A stretch of DNA of 64,000 nt from Cladosporium halotolerans (Eukaryota). This document shows positions 33,062-44,907 of the stretch, piece after piece. The stretch covers positions 124,001 through 188,000 of the forward strand of contig NW_027191486.1 in assembly GCF_011745625.1 (NCBI RefSeq), in the 5' to 3' direction. Position 1 is the stretch's first letter. The number at the start of each line of letters is the position of its first letter. A program made the position numbers and the translations under genes. Below the pieces are notes generated by a model. It made no database searches and had not been told where the DNA came from. It was given only the letters and a program-made list of their open reading frames with translations.

Positions 33062-33864
33062 GGTGGTGATGACTTCAGCGAAGAACAGGAAGAGAGGGAG
33101 AGAGAGTGGAAGGCATACCAATACCTATGATGGTCTGTTCGTCTGGGGGATGGGGATGCGGAGGGATCAGCACGTGAGATACCTTAGACTGCCGGTGCCA
33201 CTCGGCCGCTGTGTCATCGCCGAGGTATCTTCCCAAACAGGCGATGCTTAGCGGAGGTGACTGCGGACGAGGGCCATCTTTCCATGAGGGTGGTCTTGTC
33301 AACAATCGTATGTAATGTCAATTAGTGACGGCGCATTCAAGGCGAGATTGTACTGGGCATGATGGCTGCTTGTGGCCTCTGACGTCGTGGTTGCCATCTC
33401 ACAGGCGTATGATGTATTCGCCATGTGAAAGCGTTGTCGGCAGCAAACCGGGGTGGAGCACAATCTCGCCTGCGCATCGGCGAGCCACCTTTCATCCGAA
33501 AGTTTGCAGGCTTTGGTCGACCACGACGTGTCCGAGTATAGTCAATATCTGGAACCCTCCGGGTGAAAATTCGGTCTTAATAGTCTAGAGGAGAAGGTAG
33601 CACGTTCTGGGTCTATATTGGTACGGAGAAAGTGCAGCAAACACTCACTACGGCTTGATACGTGGAATATGTATCCCAACGCGGCCAGCTCTGTTCAGAT
33701 CTTAACTAATGCATCTATTCATGGGTAAGGTCGAAAATCGAGTGCAAAGAAACGGGCAGCCAAAGGACCATTGTAAAACCTGTATCAACCCAGTGCCGGA
33801 CCAAGTAAGAATACCCGCTGAAACGCTCCATAGGAATGACTAAAAGCAAAACACATCTACGCTT

Positions 33865-36423
33865 TTATCCAACAAACGTGCCATCTCTACCGCGCCCTAG
33901 GTCTTCTTCATCACCAAGACCCAGCTGCTGCACAACATCCTCCTCCTCAGAACCCGCGCCGTCGAGTTTTCGATCGACCCTGCGACGCACTTTGCCGTTC
34001 TGCAACGGCGCGACATCCGCAGGCTCGTGCTCCTCACCATTGGTGTCGCTGCCCTGCTCATCGGGGCTCTCCTCGAGCGGGTCGTCGAAGAAGACGCCGC
34101 TCTGCCGCTTAATCTCCTCCATGACGCTGCTGCGGCGATGGTGCTGGTGCTGCAACGCAGCGTGGCGCGCGTCCACAAGGGAAGGCCGCGCCTGCTGTTC
34201 GCCTCTGTGTCGCGAGGGCGAACGGGACAGGGAGCCGAACCAGCCACCGAGGCGTTTGCTGATCGAGGGGCTAACGGAGCGTGGGCTGTGACCCGGGACG
34301 TGCTGTGGGATGGTGAGCGAAGGGCTAGGCTTCTTGCTCGGAATCTCGACGCGGCCGCCGGAGTTCCTAGCTTGCTCGAGGAGTGTCTTAAGGTCCTCTT
34401 CCGATAGAACATTGCGGATAGTCCGCTCGGCTTCGTTGGGCATAGGGGTAGGGAGGGGCTGCTCTGCGGGTCGTGTTGCTTCGCGCGCTTCCTGGATGAC
34501 TTTCTCGATGGACATGCGGTTGCTGATGAATTTGAGCTTCGGCCAGGCAGCGAGCTGTCCAACGTGAAGCATGCGTGCGAGTCGATCCATGTCAGGATCT
34601 GATAAGATATACCAGAAATCGCTGAGGATAGAGCGAGGCCAAATGGTGACTGTTCCGCTGAAGCGTTGTAGCCAGATCTGGCTCCAATCTTGACCTAGAG
34701 GTCTCGGGAGCAATTCCAGATGCCGCAAAAACTTCAGCCACTTGGTTAGGTCCTGCTTCAAGTACAGCTCCGCAGCACTTCCAACAAAGCCGCCGCGCCA
34801 TCCTCGACCGCGGCGGTGAGTGACAGGACGACCCACGCTTCCACGCGACGAGAAGAAGAATGTGTTGATGTGAGGGTTTACCTGGCTGACGATGCTGTAG
34901 TTGACGTTGAAATGTAGGTTTAGGCTCTTCAAAGGAATGTCGGTCCGTAATGAGCCATCTTTCCACTTGTGTCCGAAAGAATATGGCTCGAGCGTGCCAG
35001 CTGAAGTCTTGCGCATCAGTACTACCGGATTGAGAATACCAGGCACAGCGGCTGACGCGAGGACTGCCGACCAGATGACGCAGTCTGGTGCGGTAAGGTA
35101 ATTGGCCAGAATGGTCGGAGAATGAGGATCTGAAGGTACACAAGAAACATTGAGAATGCGCCCCGTACGCTGGTAGCCTTCGAGGAAAGTCAGGCTGCCA
35201 TAGCAGAACCAGGAACAGCGTTTGGCCCAATCCACGCTCTCGAAGCGAGCGCCTGTGCGCCACCAGCGAGGGAGCCAGACAGACATAGGGTCATGGCAAG
35301 CGGTAATCCTGTGGGCCAGAGCCGGAATCAGAAGCTTCTTCAACTCTTCGTCTGTTCGTGTTCCAAGCAAGGCAGCCACCAGTGCTCCGCCGGACGTGCC
35401 CGTGATGATGTCCGGTAACACATCGGCGTCCAACAATGCCTTTGCAATGCCAAAATGGTAGTAGGCAAAAGTAGCGCCACCACTGAGACAAAGCGCCGTG
35501 CGGCCGAAATTTGTACCCAATTGCTTGGAGAAGCTGCGCTTCTCCTTCTGAGACAGTTGGGAGCTCGAGAACATGAATTGCAGACTCCGCGAGACCTCAT
35601 CGACATACGCCTGAAGGAGATCCTTGGTCCCATAGTAAGTCTCTGAGTAAAGGTGCGGATCCTCGAAACCAGAAAAGTTGTTCTTCACGCAAGCCTCAGC
35701 CAGTCCACGTAGATTGTCGATTGCCCGGAAACCCGGCGAAGAGTTGGTTTCGTGCTCCTCCTGCTCCGCGCGATGACGGAGCTTTCGCATCTCTACCAGC
35801 ACCCTCTTGATAGTTCTGTACTGGTAGTAGGAAGACTCATCGTCCTCTTTCCACTTGTCGCTGCCGAGATGACGGTCCAAATCTTTCGCTGCCTTTATCC
35901 AGCTCTCGTAGTTTGTCTGCATGCGCAGATTCTTGCGCAGCCTCTCCCTTTTCCCTCGCCAAGTCACATATTGCTCGTAAAGATAAATGTATAGTCGTGT
36001 AATCAGGTATCCCACGAAAAGCACGAACAGCCAGCCGAAGACGAAAATCAGGAGCGGGTACTTGACGAGAGTGTAGGTCCAGCCTTCTCGCGTCTCATCT
36101 TTGCCGCGCTGAGGCTTTTTGGCCTTCCTAGACTTCTTGTTTATTCCTCCATGCCCGCCATCACTGGCTGAGCTCTCGCCCCGTACGCGCTGGTGAATAG
36201 GTCGCCAATCGTTCAAAGCGGTAAAGAATTCGGCATTTTGTCTCTTAGGGTTGAGCAAATCCTCTTCGGATGGGGACGTCTCAGGTGCCGAGAGCGCTGA
36301 GGCAAAAGCGAGAATGTCGTCTTCACTGTAAAAATCGTCGTCCCAGTCTGGAAGAGTGCGGTAGTCCCAGGCGTCCGAGTCGGACACGGACGGCCCGTCG
36401 CTGGCCTTCTTCTCATCGGCCAT
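33865..36423 (-). CDS. Patatin-like phospholipase / triacylglycerol lipase (TGL family)
   Basis: FGRTALCLSGGA, nucleophile elbow GTSGG, SAAVPGIL, WKDGSL, SQVNPH, and an N-terminal TM segment. Confidence 0.92.
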   Translation of the reverse strand: MADEKKASDGPSVSDSDAWDYRTLPDWDDDFYSEDDILAFASALSAPETSPSEEDLLNPKRQNAEFFTALNDWRPIHQRVRGESSASDGGHGGINKKSRKAKKPQRGKDETREGWTYTLVKYPLLIFVFGWLFVLFVGYLITRLYIYLYEQYVTWRGKRERLRKNLRMQTNYESWIKAAKDLDRHLGSDKWKEDDESSYYQYRTIKRVLVEMRKLRHRAEQEEHETNSSPGFRAIDNLRGLAEACVKNNFSGFEDPHLYSETYYGTKDLLQAYVDEVSRSLQFMFSSSQLSQKEKRSFSKQLGTNFGRTALCLSGGATFAYYHFGIAKALLDADVLPDIITGTSGGALVAALLGTRTDEELKKLLIPALAHRITACHDPMSVWLPRWWRTGARFESVDWAKRCSWFCYGSLTFLEGYQRTGRILNVSCVPSDPHSPTILANYLTAPDCVIWSAVLASAAVPGILNPVVLMRKTSAGTLEPYSFGHKWKDGSLRTDIPLKSLNLHFNVNYSIVSQVNPHINTFFFSSRGSVGRPVTHRRGRGWRGGFVGSAAELYLKQDLTKWLKFLRHLELLPRPLGQDWSQIWLQRFSGTVTIWPRSILSDFWYILSDPDMDRLARMLHVGQLAAWPKLKFISNRMSIEKVIQEAREATRPAEQPLPTPMPNEAERTIRNVLSEEDLKTLLEQARNSGGRVEIPSKKPSPSLTIPQHVPGHSPRSVSPSISKRLGGWFGSLSRSPSRHRGEQQARPSLVDARHAALQHQHHRRSSVMEEIKRQSGVFFDDPLEESPDEQGSDTNGEEHEPADVAPLQNGKVRRRVDRKLDGAGSEEEDVVQQLGLGDEEDLGRGRDGTFVG

Positions 36424-36732
36424 TGTGAGCTGCGCGTTTCAAGCCTGGCCGGGGCTCCAGAGAAGTGATATACATCCGTTCGCGGAGGAAGTGGTCAACC
36501 CATGCGCAGGTCGGAAGGTCAGCAGGTGTTGAGGCAAGACAGGTCGAGGTCATCAACAAAGCGCCGAGGTGAGACGTCACTGCGTCTCAGCTTTGGCGGG
36601 CCACATGGCTGGCTGGCTGGTGTGTGGGCATGGGCCATCGCCGTTGGCGCGAACTTTACGGTAGCGTTTCAAGATCTGGAACGCCTTGAAAAGGAGCGCA
36701 TAACATCGAACGATACGGAAGGAATCATTGGC

Positions 36733-38196
36733 ATGTTGAGGGGCCTATCGAGAGGAAGATGGACGAAGTGTGCCCTTAGTGGGTGTGCTACACGCAGTCA
36801 ACTTGTCCATACAGGATGGAGTCCGGGATTGTCAACCCTTGCGATCGAGACGTCCTGTGACGATACCTCAGTGGCGCTACTGGAGATCCAAAAGGACGAC
36901 CGACACCATGCACGGGACCTCGGACATCTGCGCACCCACGTGCCTTACCATGAGAGGATCACCGCCAACAGTGCAGCGTACAACGGCATTCATCCCTTGG
37001 TGGCGCTGCACTCTCATCAAACCAGTCTTGGAGGTCTCGTGGCAGACGCCATCGCCACAAACGATGGAAGAAAGCCGAGCTTTGTCTCCGTAACCAGAGG
37101 TCCGGGCATGCGAAGCAATCTGGCGACCGGTTTGGAGCTTGCCAAAGGCCTTGCATTGGCTTGGGGTGTGCCTTTGGTGGGAGTTCACCATATGCAGGCG
37201 CATGCCTTGACGCCGAGGCTGTGTTCCACGCTCGAGACACTACCCGATTTGTACCAAGGCCCCTGGACGTCGAGTACGCTGCAGCCATCATTCCCTTACT
37301 TAAGTGTGCTAGCTAGTGGAGGGCACACTATGCTCGTCAAATCGGCAGGCTTGACTGAACATCAGATCCTCGCAACGACTGGCGATATCGCGATAGGAGA
37401 CTGCATAGACAAGGCGGCTCGCGCATTACTCCCTGATGACCTGATAAAGCCGCCGTACGGCAAAGCGCTAGAAGAGTTTGCATTCCCGGCGGGATCGAGC
37501 GATTACAGTTATGTCGCACCCGTGAGAAGGCAGGAAGAGCTTGCTCGACGCGAAACAAGGTGGGGATGGTCACTCGCTGTTCCTCTAGCTGAGAGTAAGG
37601 CTGGGGCCAAGTCGTCGAAGCGGATGACTTTCTCATTTGCCGGCCTCTTGACTTCGATCCAGCGTTTTATGCGGCACAGATTGAGTGATGATGGTGTGAT
37701 CTCCTCAGAGCTTCGCGATACTGACTCGATCTCGATCGATGAACGACGAGACATGGCGCGTGAGGTACTACGGGTGTCTTTCGAGCACTTGGCGTCTCGT
37801 ATCTTGTTGTACCTGAAAGACAACACCGGCTCGACAGGGATGCCAGCATCTGGTGGTTCGGATCCCGTTGACACAGTCGTGGTATCTGGAGGTGTTGCAT
37901 CAAACCGATACCTTCGACATGTCCTTCGAGCCATGCTAGATGCTCGCGGATATTCTCACATCAAAGTGGCATTTCCACCGCCAAGTCTATGCACAGACAA
38001 TGCTCTAATGATCGCTTGGGCTGGAATGGAGATGTATACTTCTGGCTATCAGTCAACGTTTGACATCACACCTATTCGCAAATGGTCCATGGATGCGAAG
38101 GCCGAGGATGGAGGAATATTGGGTGCTGAGGGATGGCTCCACGAAGGCGACCTCTTACCAGCCGTGCAGAAGTCGCAAGCGATCACTCCACCTTGA
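36733..38196 (+). CDS. QRI7: Mitochondrial tRNA N6-threonylcarbamoyltransferase (Kae1/TsaD/Qri7 family)
   Basis: LAIETSCDDT, VTRGPG, VHHMQAHALT, LASGGHT, DIAIGDCIDK, VVSGGVASN, CTDNALMIAW. Arg-rich presequence from ATG 36733. Confidence 0.92.
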   Translation: MLRGLSRGRWTKCALSGCATRSQLVHTGWSPGLSTLAIETSCDDTSVALLEIQKDDRHHARDLGHLRTHVPYHERITANSAAYNGIHPLVALHSHQTSLGGLVADAIATNDGRKPSFVSVTRGPGMRSNLATGLELAKGLALAWGVPLVGVHHMQAHALTPRLCSTLETLPDLYQGPWTSSTLQPSFPYLSVLASGGHTMLVKSAGLTEHQILATTGDIAIGDCIDKAARALLPDDLIKPPYGKALEEFAFPAGSSDYSYVAPVRRQEELARRETRWGWSLAVPLAESKAGAKSSKRMTFSFAGLLTSIQRFMRHRLSDDGVISSELRDTDSISIDERRDMAREVLRVSFEHLASRILLYLKDNTGSTGMPASGGSDPVDTVVVSGGVASNRYLRHVLRAMLDARGYSHIKVAFPPPSLCTDNALMIAWAGMEMYTSGYQSTFDITPIRKWSMDAKAEDGGILGAEGWLHEGDLLPAVQKSQAITPP

Positions 38197-39204
38197 GCTT
38201 TCGCTTCTCGATACCGGCACTGGTCAGTCTCGCAACATCTTCCGCAGTCTTGCCACGCTGTCGGTCATCGGTCTGCTCCTTTCCTAGCTCCGTACCGTTG
38301 GCTACGAGCTCATATATCTCAGTCATTGGTCTGAAGATACTCTCCTCTCTCGAAAACCCGCCGTCATCTTCGAAGGTCTCGGCAATCTCTGCCATCTCTC
38401 TGACCCACCTGTATGCCTTAGGAGGCATAGCCGGCAAGCTCTTCTCCACCTGCGGCCCCAGCGGAGACTCCTTCAAATAGTCCTGCAGCTCCGACAAGAT
38501 GCCCAGATTGTTCGCCGTGGTCAAAGACTGCAAGGCTAAAGCGGTGAAGCCCTTGTGAATGCCGGCAAAGCACATCTTCAATCCAGATGCGGCACCCACA
38601 GTGTCGTTGATGTGCCGCACATTCAGCACCCTGGCGAGATCCTCTCCACTCGGCTGCGCTTCTTGCAAATGAACAGGCCCCGATACAACGATGCCTGGGC
38701 AAAACCATGTCCCGTCCTCCTTCAACCTTGGAGGCCACCCGACGATACCGCCGTCAACCACTTTGACAGCCGGTGCAGAAGACGCGAACAGAGCGGCTGT
38801 ATTCCGGGCGGTACGCGGACTCACCGCGTTCAGATCAAGGAAATACAGTGGGTTGCTGCGCTCGGCGAAATGAGAGTCCGTGGCGGCTGCGATGACTCGC
38901 TGCGCGATCGAAAGCGCATCGCGCTGAGGCGTAATGGACAGGATGTAGTCGGCTTGATTGCATAGCTCTAGATCGGTCGAGACCGATTCAACGTTGTTCG
39001 CTTGGGCTCGCTTCTTGGTTGCTTCGCTGTGAAATGATTGTCAGTCTTCAGACTGCCATATGTTGAACTTGCTCGTGTGAGCACATACCTCCGGTCCGAG
39101 ACGTTTGTGAGAACGCGATAGTTGTGCGCCGCTAGTATATTCGCAACGCCGACTCCCATGCTGCCGATCGATAAGATGCCCACGGTTGCTAGAGGCTTCG
39201 CCAT
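38183..39204 (-). CDS. NAD(P)-binding 6-phosphogluconate/3-hydroxyisobutyrate dehydrogenase-like protein (DUF1932); intron 39027-39088
   Basis: VGILSIGSMGVGVA Rossmann motif, DLNAVSP, DGGIVG.PP, GAASGLKMCFA...KG, MPPKAYRWVREMAEIAET. Confidence 0.88.
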
Positions 39205-39588
39205 CGTGCTGCTTTCGTGGACTATGGCAATTGCTGAGAGTAAAGTGTGTGAAGCAGTGCGTGTCGTATAATGGCGGTTAGCAACCGAGATCTGAGCGTT
39301 GTAGAATCGAACCTGCAGTACCTTTTGTTCGTCCTGAAAGTCGGATCGGGGATTTGCACGCTTTATATAGACCGTCGCCTGGCTTATCACTCACGCCTTG
39401 CGGTTGGCATTCGTTCGCCCCACATTTGAACGCCTGGAGACTCCACGTTGGACTGCAACGAGACGTCATGCTTTCAGACCGTCCACGATTTATTGTACTG
39501 TGATGATTTGATGTATAACGCGACGACATACAACATTACATACAGACAAAGAAACCATTGAAGATGACCTTCTGATCTCTGCGAAGCC

Positions 39589-40643
39589 ATGCTCGTCTAC
39601 TGCCTACCAAAGAGACTCTGTACCACCTTTCTCCCACCCCGCCCAAATCGCTACTTCGCCCGAACAATGGCAACGATAGTCCACGACTCCGTGCCTCACG
39701 AGGACCGCACAGCAGCGCAGCCGCGCCAAAACCGCATCGAGCCCGTAAAAATAACCCACATTCGGGACATCAACTCATCCACCCGAGTCCTACGCCTCTC
39801 TCCCCAAGATCCAAACCACACCATCAACGTATGTACCTCCACCCCCACCCCTCCTCAAACCCAAACTAACACCACCCCAAGTTCCTCCCCGGCCAATGGC
39901 TCGACACCTTCATCCCCACCCTCCCCAAAGCCGGCGGCTTCACCATCACCTCGCCTCCCTCCGCCGCGCGCCCCACTTCCCACGGACCAGGCTACCTCGA
40001 GCTCGCCGTGCAGAAATCCCCCAATCCGCCCGCGCAGCACTTCCACCTCCCCTCCGCCCAACTGCTCAACTCGCCCCTGACCGTCCGCGTCGGCGGGTCC
40101 TTCACCTGGCCTCCGCCAGCCCTCCCCATCCGAGCGCAAGACGTCTCGCGCCTCGTGCTCGTCGCGGGAGGCGTGGGGATCAACCCGCTCATCTCCATCT
40201 TCTCGCACCTGATGGGCTTGCACGCCTCGCAGCGGCCGGAGGAGATTCATTTCCTCTACGGCACCAAAGCCTCACCGGAGGGAGAGGACAGCGAGGTCGA
40301 CGCGCAGAACATTCTCTTCCTGCCGCGGCTGATGGATTTGGTAGCGATGGCTGAGCAGCCGCGGGACGTGACGCTGTCGGTGTTCTTGTCGGGCCTGAAA
40401 GGCTGGGAGAGCGGGCAGAGAGTCGAAAGCGGAAAGGTGCCTGGGCGGACGTGGGTTGGGAGGATTGGGGAGCGCGAGCTGGTTGGGGCGTTGGATGGGT
40501 GGAAGGGGGAGGGGGCGGGGGGCAGAGAGGGGACGGTGGCGTATGTTTGTGGGCCGCAGAGGATGACGGATTGGGCTGTGGAGTTGTTGGGGAGGCAGGA
40601 GGGGATGGAGGCTGGGAGAGTGCTTTGTGAGAAGTGGTGGTGA
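39589..40643 (+). CDS. FNR-family oxidoreductase, NAD-binding domain protein (OXNAD1-like); intron 39829-39881
   Basis: Spliced FLPGQWLD, GGFTITS, LELAVQKS.NPPA, VRVGGSF.WPP, LVAGGVGINPL, YVCGP..M, terminal EKWW. Confidence 0.9.
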
Positions 40644-40917
40644 GCCACGGATATTGGTGGGGCAGATCCTTGAGGCGTGGGAGGATCTAATTGCTGGATT
40701 AGAAGGTGAGCCTTCATGAGAAGCTCCAATGTATCTTAAGAATTTTGTTCGGAGCCTGTTAGGCTGTTGAGCTATAGAGATGCATCCAATGTCATGAGCC
40801 AATGTCCTGTGTCGCGCTTGCGCCGACACGGCGGCAACTCCAACAACGCCATGACTCGTTCCTGAAAGCAATATTTACCCATCCGCTGATCCACTGACCC
40901 TACCGTATTCAGCGCGG

Positions 40918-42808
40918 TTAACCAGTCTTGGTCTTCTTCTTGGGCCTCTCAACCAGCGCCTCGGTATCGCTGTCGCCACCAGCATCTTCCATCTCGGCGT
41001 CACTGTCCTCGCTGCCGCTGGAGCCAGCGTTCTCGTCATACTCCTCAGCAACGTCACTCTCGCTGTCAGTCTTGAAGTCCTCGTCGGCAGACTCCGAGTC
41101 CTCGTCAGCGCTGCCACGGTCAGCGGCCACAACCTCGTCGTCACTGCTGGCGAGGTCGGGGTCCGCTGTGAGAGCGGCAGCGAGCATGCCGCTGTCGCCG
41201 TCCATCTCGTTCTTGGTCTTGATTCCCTTGATGTTCAAGAACTGCTCGAGCGGCGACTGCTCCTCACGGTTAATGTTGGAGAACTGGTGCTCGCCCTGCC
41301 CGCTCTTGAGCGTCACGGTGATATCGAACGTGCGGCTGGCACTAACAGCTCCGCCCACTCGAGACATTGTGACGACGGAGACGTTCTCGAACGAGATGTA
41401 GGTTGCGGGCTTGGGGACAAAGAGGAATGCACGGTCCAGGCAGAACAGGTGACCCTCGGAAGCCTTGATGCTGCACTTGACACCCTGTTGCTGGTGGTGG
41501 GATACGAAGTCCTTGGAGGGCTGGATAAGACGTTTGCCAGTCAAGCCGTGGAAAATCTTCGCGACCACGTTTCCGATGGGCGCCTCGTATGTGGACTGCA
41601 GCTTGCCATCGTACTTCTTCAGATCCTCGTCGGTCATGTTCAGCTCGATACTGGTCTCCTCGTCTTTCTTAAATTGCATGACCAGGAACGGGTAACGGGT
41701 CTGACCCTGTCTGAGAGGAGGATCCAGGCCAATGCAAAGCATAGTGTGCATGTCGTCAGGCTTAGCGAGCAGGAAGAAGCGCTTGGCGTTCTCGTAGCTG
41801 ATTTTGTAGTCGTACGTCTTGCCGCGGAGACGGAAAGACTTCTCGTACATGTCGATGTCGAAGCGTCCACGAGGTGTAAGGTGCAGGATCTCCAGGAAAG
41901 TCGCAAAGGTCTCGCCTGCGACCTCGCCAATGTCGGCTTTCTCCATGAGCTGCTCATAGAAAAAGCTCGCAGCGCCGACATCCTCCTCGCCATCCTCAGC
42001 CTCCTCACCATTGTCATCGCCCTTCTTCGACTTCTTCTTCTCGGTTCCGGGAATGTAGAAGCGCATTTCCGTGAGCTGATCGCCGGAGGCTCCGCTCTTC
42101 CTGCCGTTCGCTCTTGCGCCTCCCAAACCCTCAGTGCCCGTCTCTGCTCCATCCTCCGGTAGTGAGAACTCGACCGCCACCTCGTTCTTGCCGGCCAAAT
42201 TCGTGTTGGTGATCTCGGTGAAGGGGATTTCAAAGGCTGGTTGGTTGCGCACATTAAACACGAGCTCGTTGCGAGTCAACTCGCCCTTGCCCCAATTCCA
42301 CCCACGCAGCGCATGCTCTTTGTGGGAGAAATCGATTCCATACCAGACCTTGAAGCACTTCGCAATCGTATCGTAGTCCTTCCAGCGGTATTAGCGCAAG
42401 CTCAAGGTATGGGTGGCACAATTCTAACTCACCTCCTGCTTGAAACCGTCCAGTTGTACCACACCCGCATGGCGAGCGTAGATCTTCAGTTCATATGCCT
42501 TTGCCGCTCTGCTCCATTGCGCGCTGATGAGCTCTTGCTTGTCGAGGGTGAATGTTTGTCCTCCAGCAGGTTTCCATCCCAGGCCGGATTCAGCGAGCCT
42601 GCATTTGCCAGGCTCTTTCGAGAGGTCGAGGTAGATGTTGTCGAAAGACTCCCTGAAGCTACTGTCAGTCTTCATGCGCTTGGGGTTCACTTCCTCAGAG
42701 CCCAAAGTGACGCTCGAGTAGGAGGTGACGGAGTCGGCTCTCGCTTCGCGCTTCGGTTGCTCCATATTGCTGAGTGTGCCGCTGATGGTTTAAACGATGA
42801 ACTTACAT
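40918..42808 (-). CDS. POB3: FACT complex subunit POB3/SSRP1; introns 42653-42806 (splits the ATG) and 42379-42432
   Basis: ESFDNIYLDLSK, LRGWNWG, LTPRGRFDIDMY, RLRGKTYDYKI, PPLRQGQTRYP, SRTFD, FSNINREE, acidic tail and a basic NLS. Confidence 0.95.
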
Positions 42809-43082
42809 GATTGCTAGGATACTGAGTGTGTGCCGTCTGCCTTGCGGTCGTTTGCGCCTGCCTGAGACGCAGGTTGCGTGGGAGAGCCGCGGGCAGCGAT
42901 TGCCGTGGTTATGAAGTTGCCGGGAGGAATGTGTTCCGCAAGTAAGCTGTAGGAACAAGGAGTCGCCGGTAAGAAAGTGAAAGAAGCTGCGAAGAGCAGG
43001 CGGCAGTGAAGAGGTGGGTTGTGAGAGCGGCTTTGGGTGCTGCTTCGAAGTTCACGAAGCTAGCTCATCAAAGTCGCGCGCT

Positions 43083-43098
43083 GCAACGCGCGCGTTGC
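43083..43098. promoter_or_regulatory. Perfect 16-bp palindrome GCAACGCGCGCGTTGC (MCB-like ACGCG cores) upstream of POB3
   Basis: Self-complementary sequence about 280 bp upstream of the POB3 start. Function is inferred. Confidence 0.35.
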
Positions 43099-44907
43099 GG
43101 GCAGCGAGCGGATCAGCCGAAAGAGCCTTGGCACGTCAGCCTGAGTGCTCCATGGAGATCAATGATCTGGCTTGTGACAAACATCCCCTAAGTGTCACCT
43201 TCACTGGTGATACTGATCAGGAGCCCGAGTTCATGATGACGCAAATGACCAATCAATTCACATGGCGAGCGGAGAGATCAGACCTATGCTCAGATCAATG
43301 CACTGTTACTTACCTTACCGCGCTGGTTTGATGATTTGACAATCACTGTATTGGCCCGTTGGTTTGCGCATCTTTACGAAAAGTTATACTGCATGGTGCC
43401 ATGCTTCTTAGCCGAAACGATCGATAGCTGGTAACAGAAAAAATAATGCAACTCCATCAGCACTCCACTACAACAATTATCACCGACGTTTGGAAGTTGC
43501 TGGCTATGGGCACATCTTGCTCTCTTGAGATCTGTTCTCGACAAATCCAATACCTTGCGGTTGCAACGCGACGGCAATATGAGATATAGGAAGACAGAGC
43601 CTCCAGCTCTCATGATTGGCGAGTGAGCTGTCTTCAGCAAACAGATCGACGCGATCGCATCCCACATGCCCTGCGACGTTCTAGGCCGGGCAATATTCCT
43701 GCTGACATACAGTAGACGAGATCTCTCGGGCCCGGCAATGTCCCCGAGAGTCTGCAGCGTGAATGTGCAAGCCGCGGCTCCTTCGGGTGCAGGCACCCAG
43801 CGCCGCATCTCAGCGCCAATAGATCGGACGGCAGCACGGCAGTGGCTTTATTGCCTCGCGCTTTTGCTCGGGCTGTACCCTGGACGGTCGCCGAGCATGC
43901 TGGACTACCGAAAACCCTCTGCAGATCAGCGTGTGTCGGCGGGCGTGGTGGTGTCATGGACAGAGAGGTAGACAAAGACGACCGCGCGTGACACCAAAGG
44001 GCTTCGGTGCGAGGGTGGGGGCTTCATCTGATGCCAATCAATCGGCGCGGTCCAGAAGGGCAGGCTGTGGAGGCGAGCTGGCGGAGATGAGGCTGCCGTC
44101 CGCAAAGGGCAACAGCTGATATGCCGAGCACGTCGCTGATCCGTGCTCCCTCCCTCCCCCCAATAGCCCGTCGGATGTCGCTGTCCTCATCTGGCTGCTT
44201 CCGCGTTGCTTGGAGTGCCGTGAGTGCTTGGGCGCATCGCGTGGCCTGAGCCTGCGTTTGGCCTTCTGCGCCCTGGTCCCGCCCGCCGCTGTCTCGAGCG
44301 ACGGATGCTTGCGAGGCGAGGCGAGGCTGACTGCCCTGCCGCCGGCGATGTACTGTATCTTCTATTCGCGTCAGGCTCCCTGTCGTCGTCCCGCTGCATG
44401 TTGAACTGCGGCCCACCGCGCCAGAGTCATGCGTGGCGTTCAGTAGAGCGCCATCTCCAGTAGTGCCATGGCGTCGGACGGGCTCAGCTATCACATTCAT
44501 TGACTCCCCATGCATTAGGCAAAGCTTCTCTTCTCACTTTTCTTTATATCGCTATCCCACCGCGCATCGTCATTTTCCCCGCGTCTTCTAGACTCGTGAG
44601 TCTTGATCCTCCACCGGACCGCCTTTCACCAAGAACCGTCCAGATTCCAACGACACGACGAGATCAACACGCGGGCCGCTGCCGACCGTTCGCCTCTCAC
44701 TGCAAGGGATCCAACATCCGGTGTCGTCAGGGTTCTGAATTGGGAGATCGACAGCAAGACTGCCTGGAACATACATTTCAAGGCAGAAACATTGCTCTCG
44801 CTTTGTGAAAGCCCATAAGCCTCTGGACATCTCTCATTCAAGCAATCCTGGACAACTTCCTCAACACCTGTCATGCGAGAGGCACAGACACACGAGCCAG
44901 CGGTGCG

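Noticed and set aside
43100..44900. Short ORFs in the 1.8-kb region between POB3 and the Cys-rich protein gene
   Set aside because: No recognisable motifs or codon bias; probably promoter and long 5' UTR. I could not identify an ncRNA there by eye.
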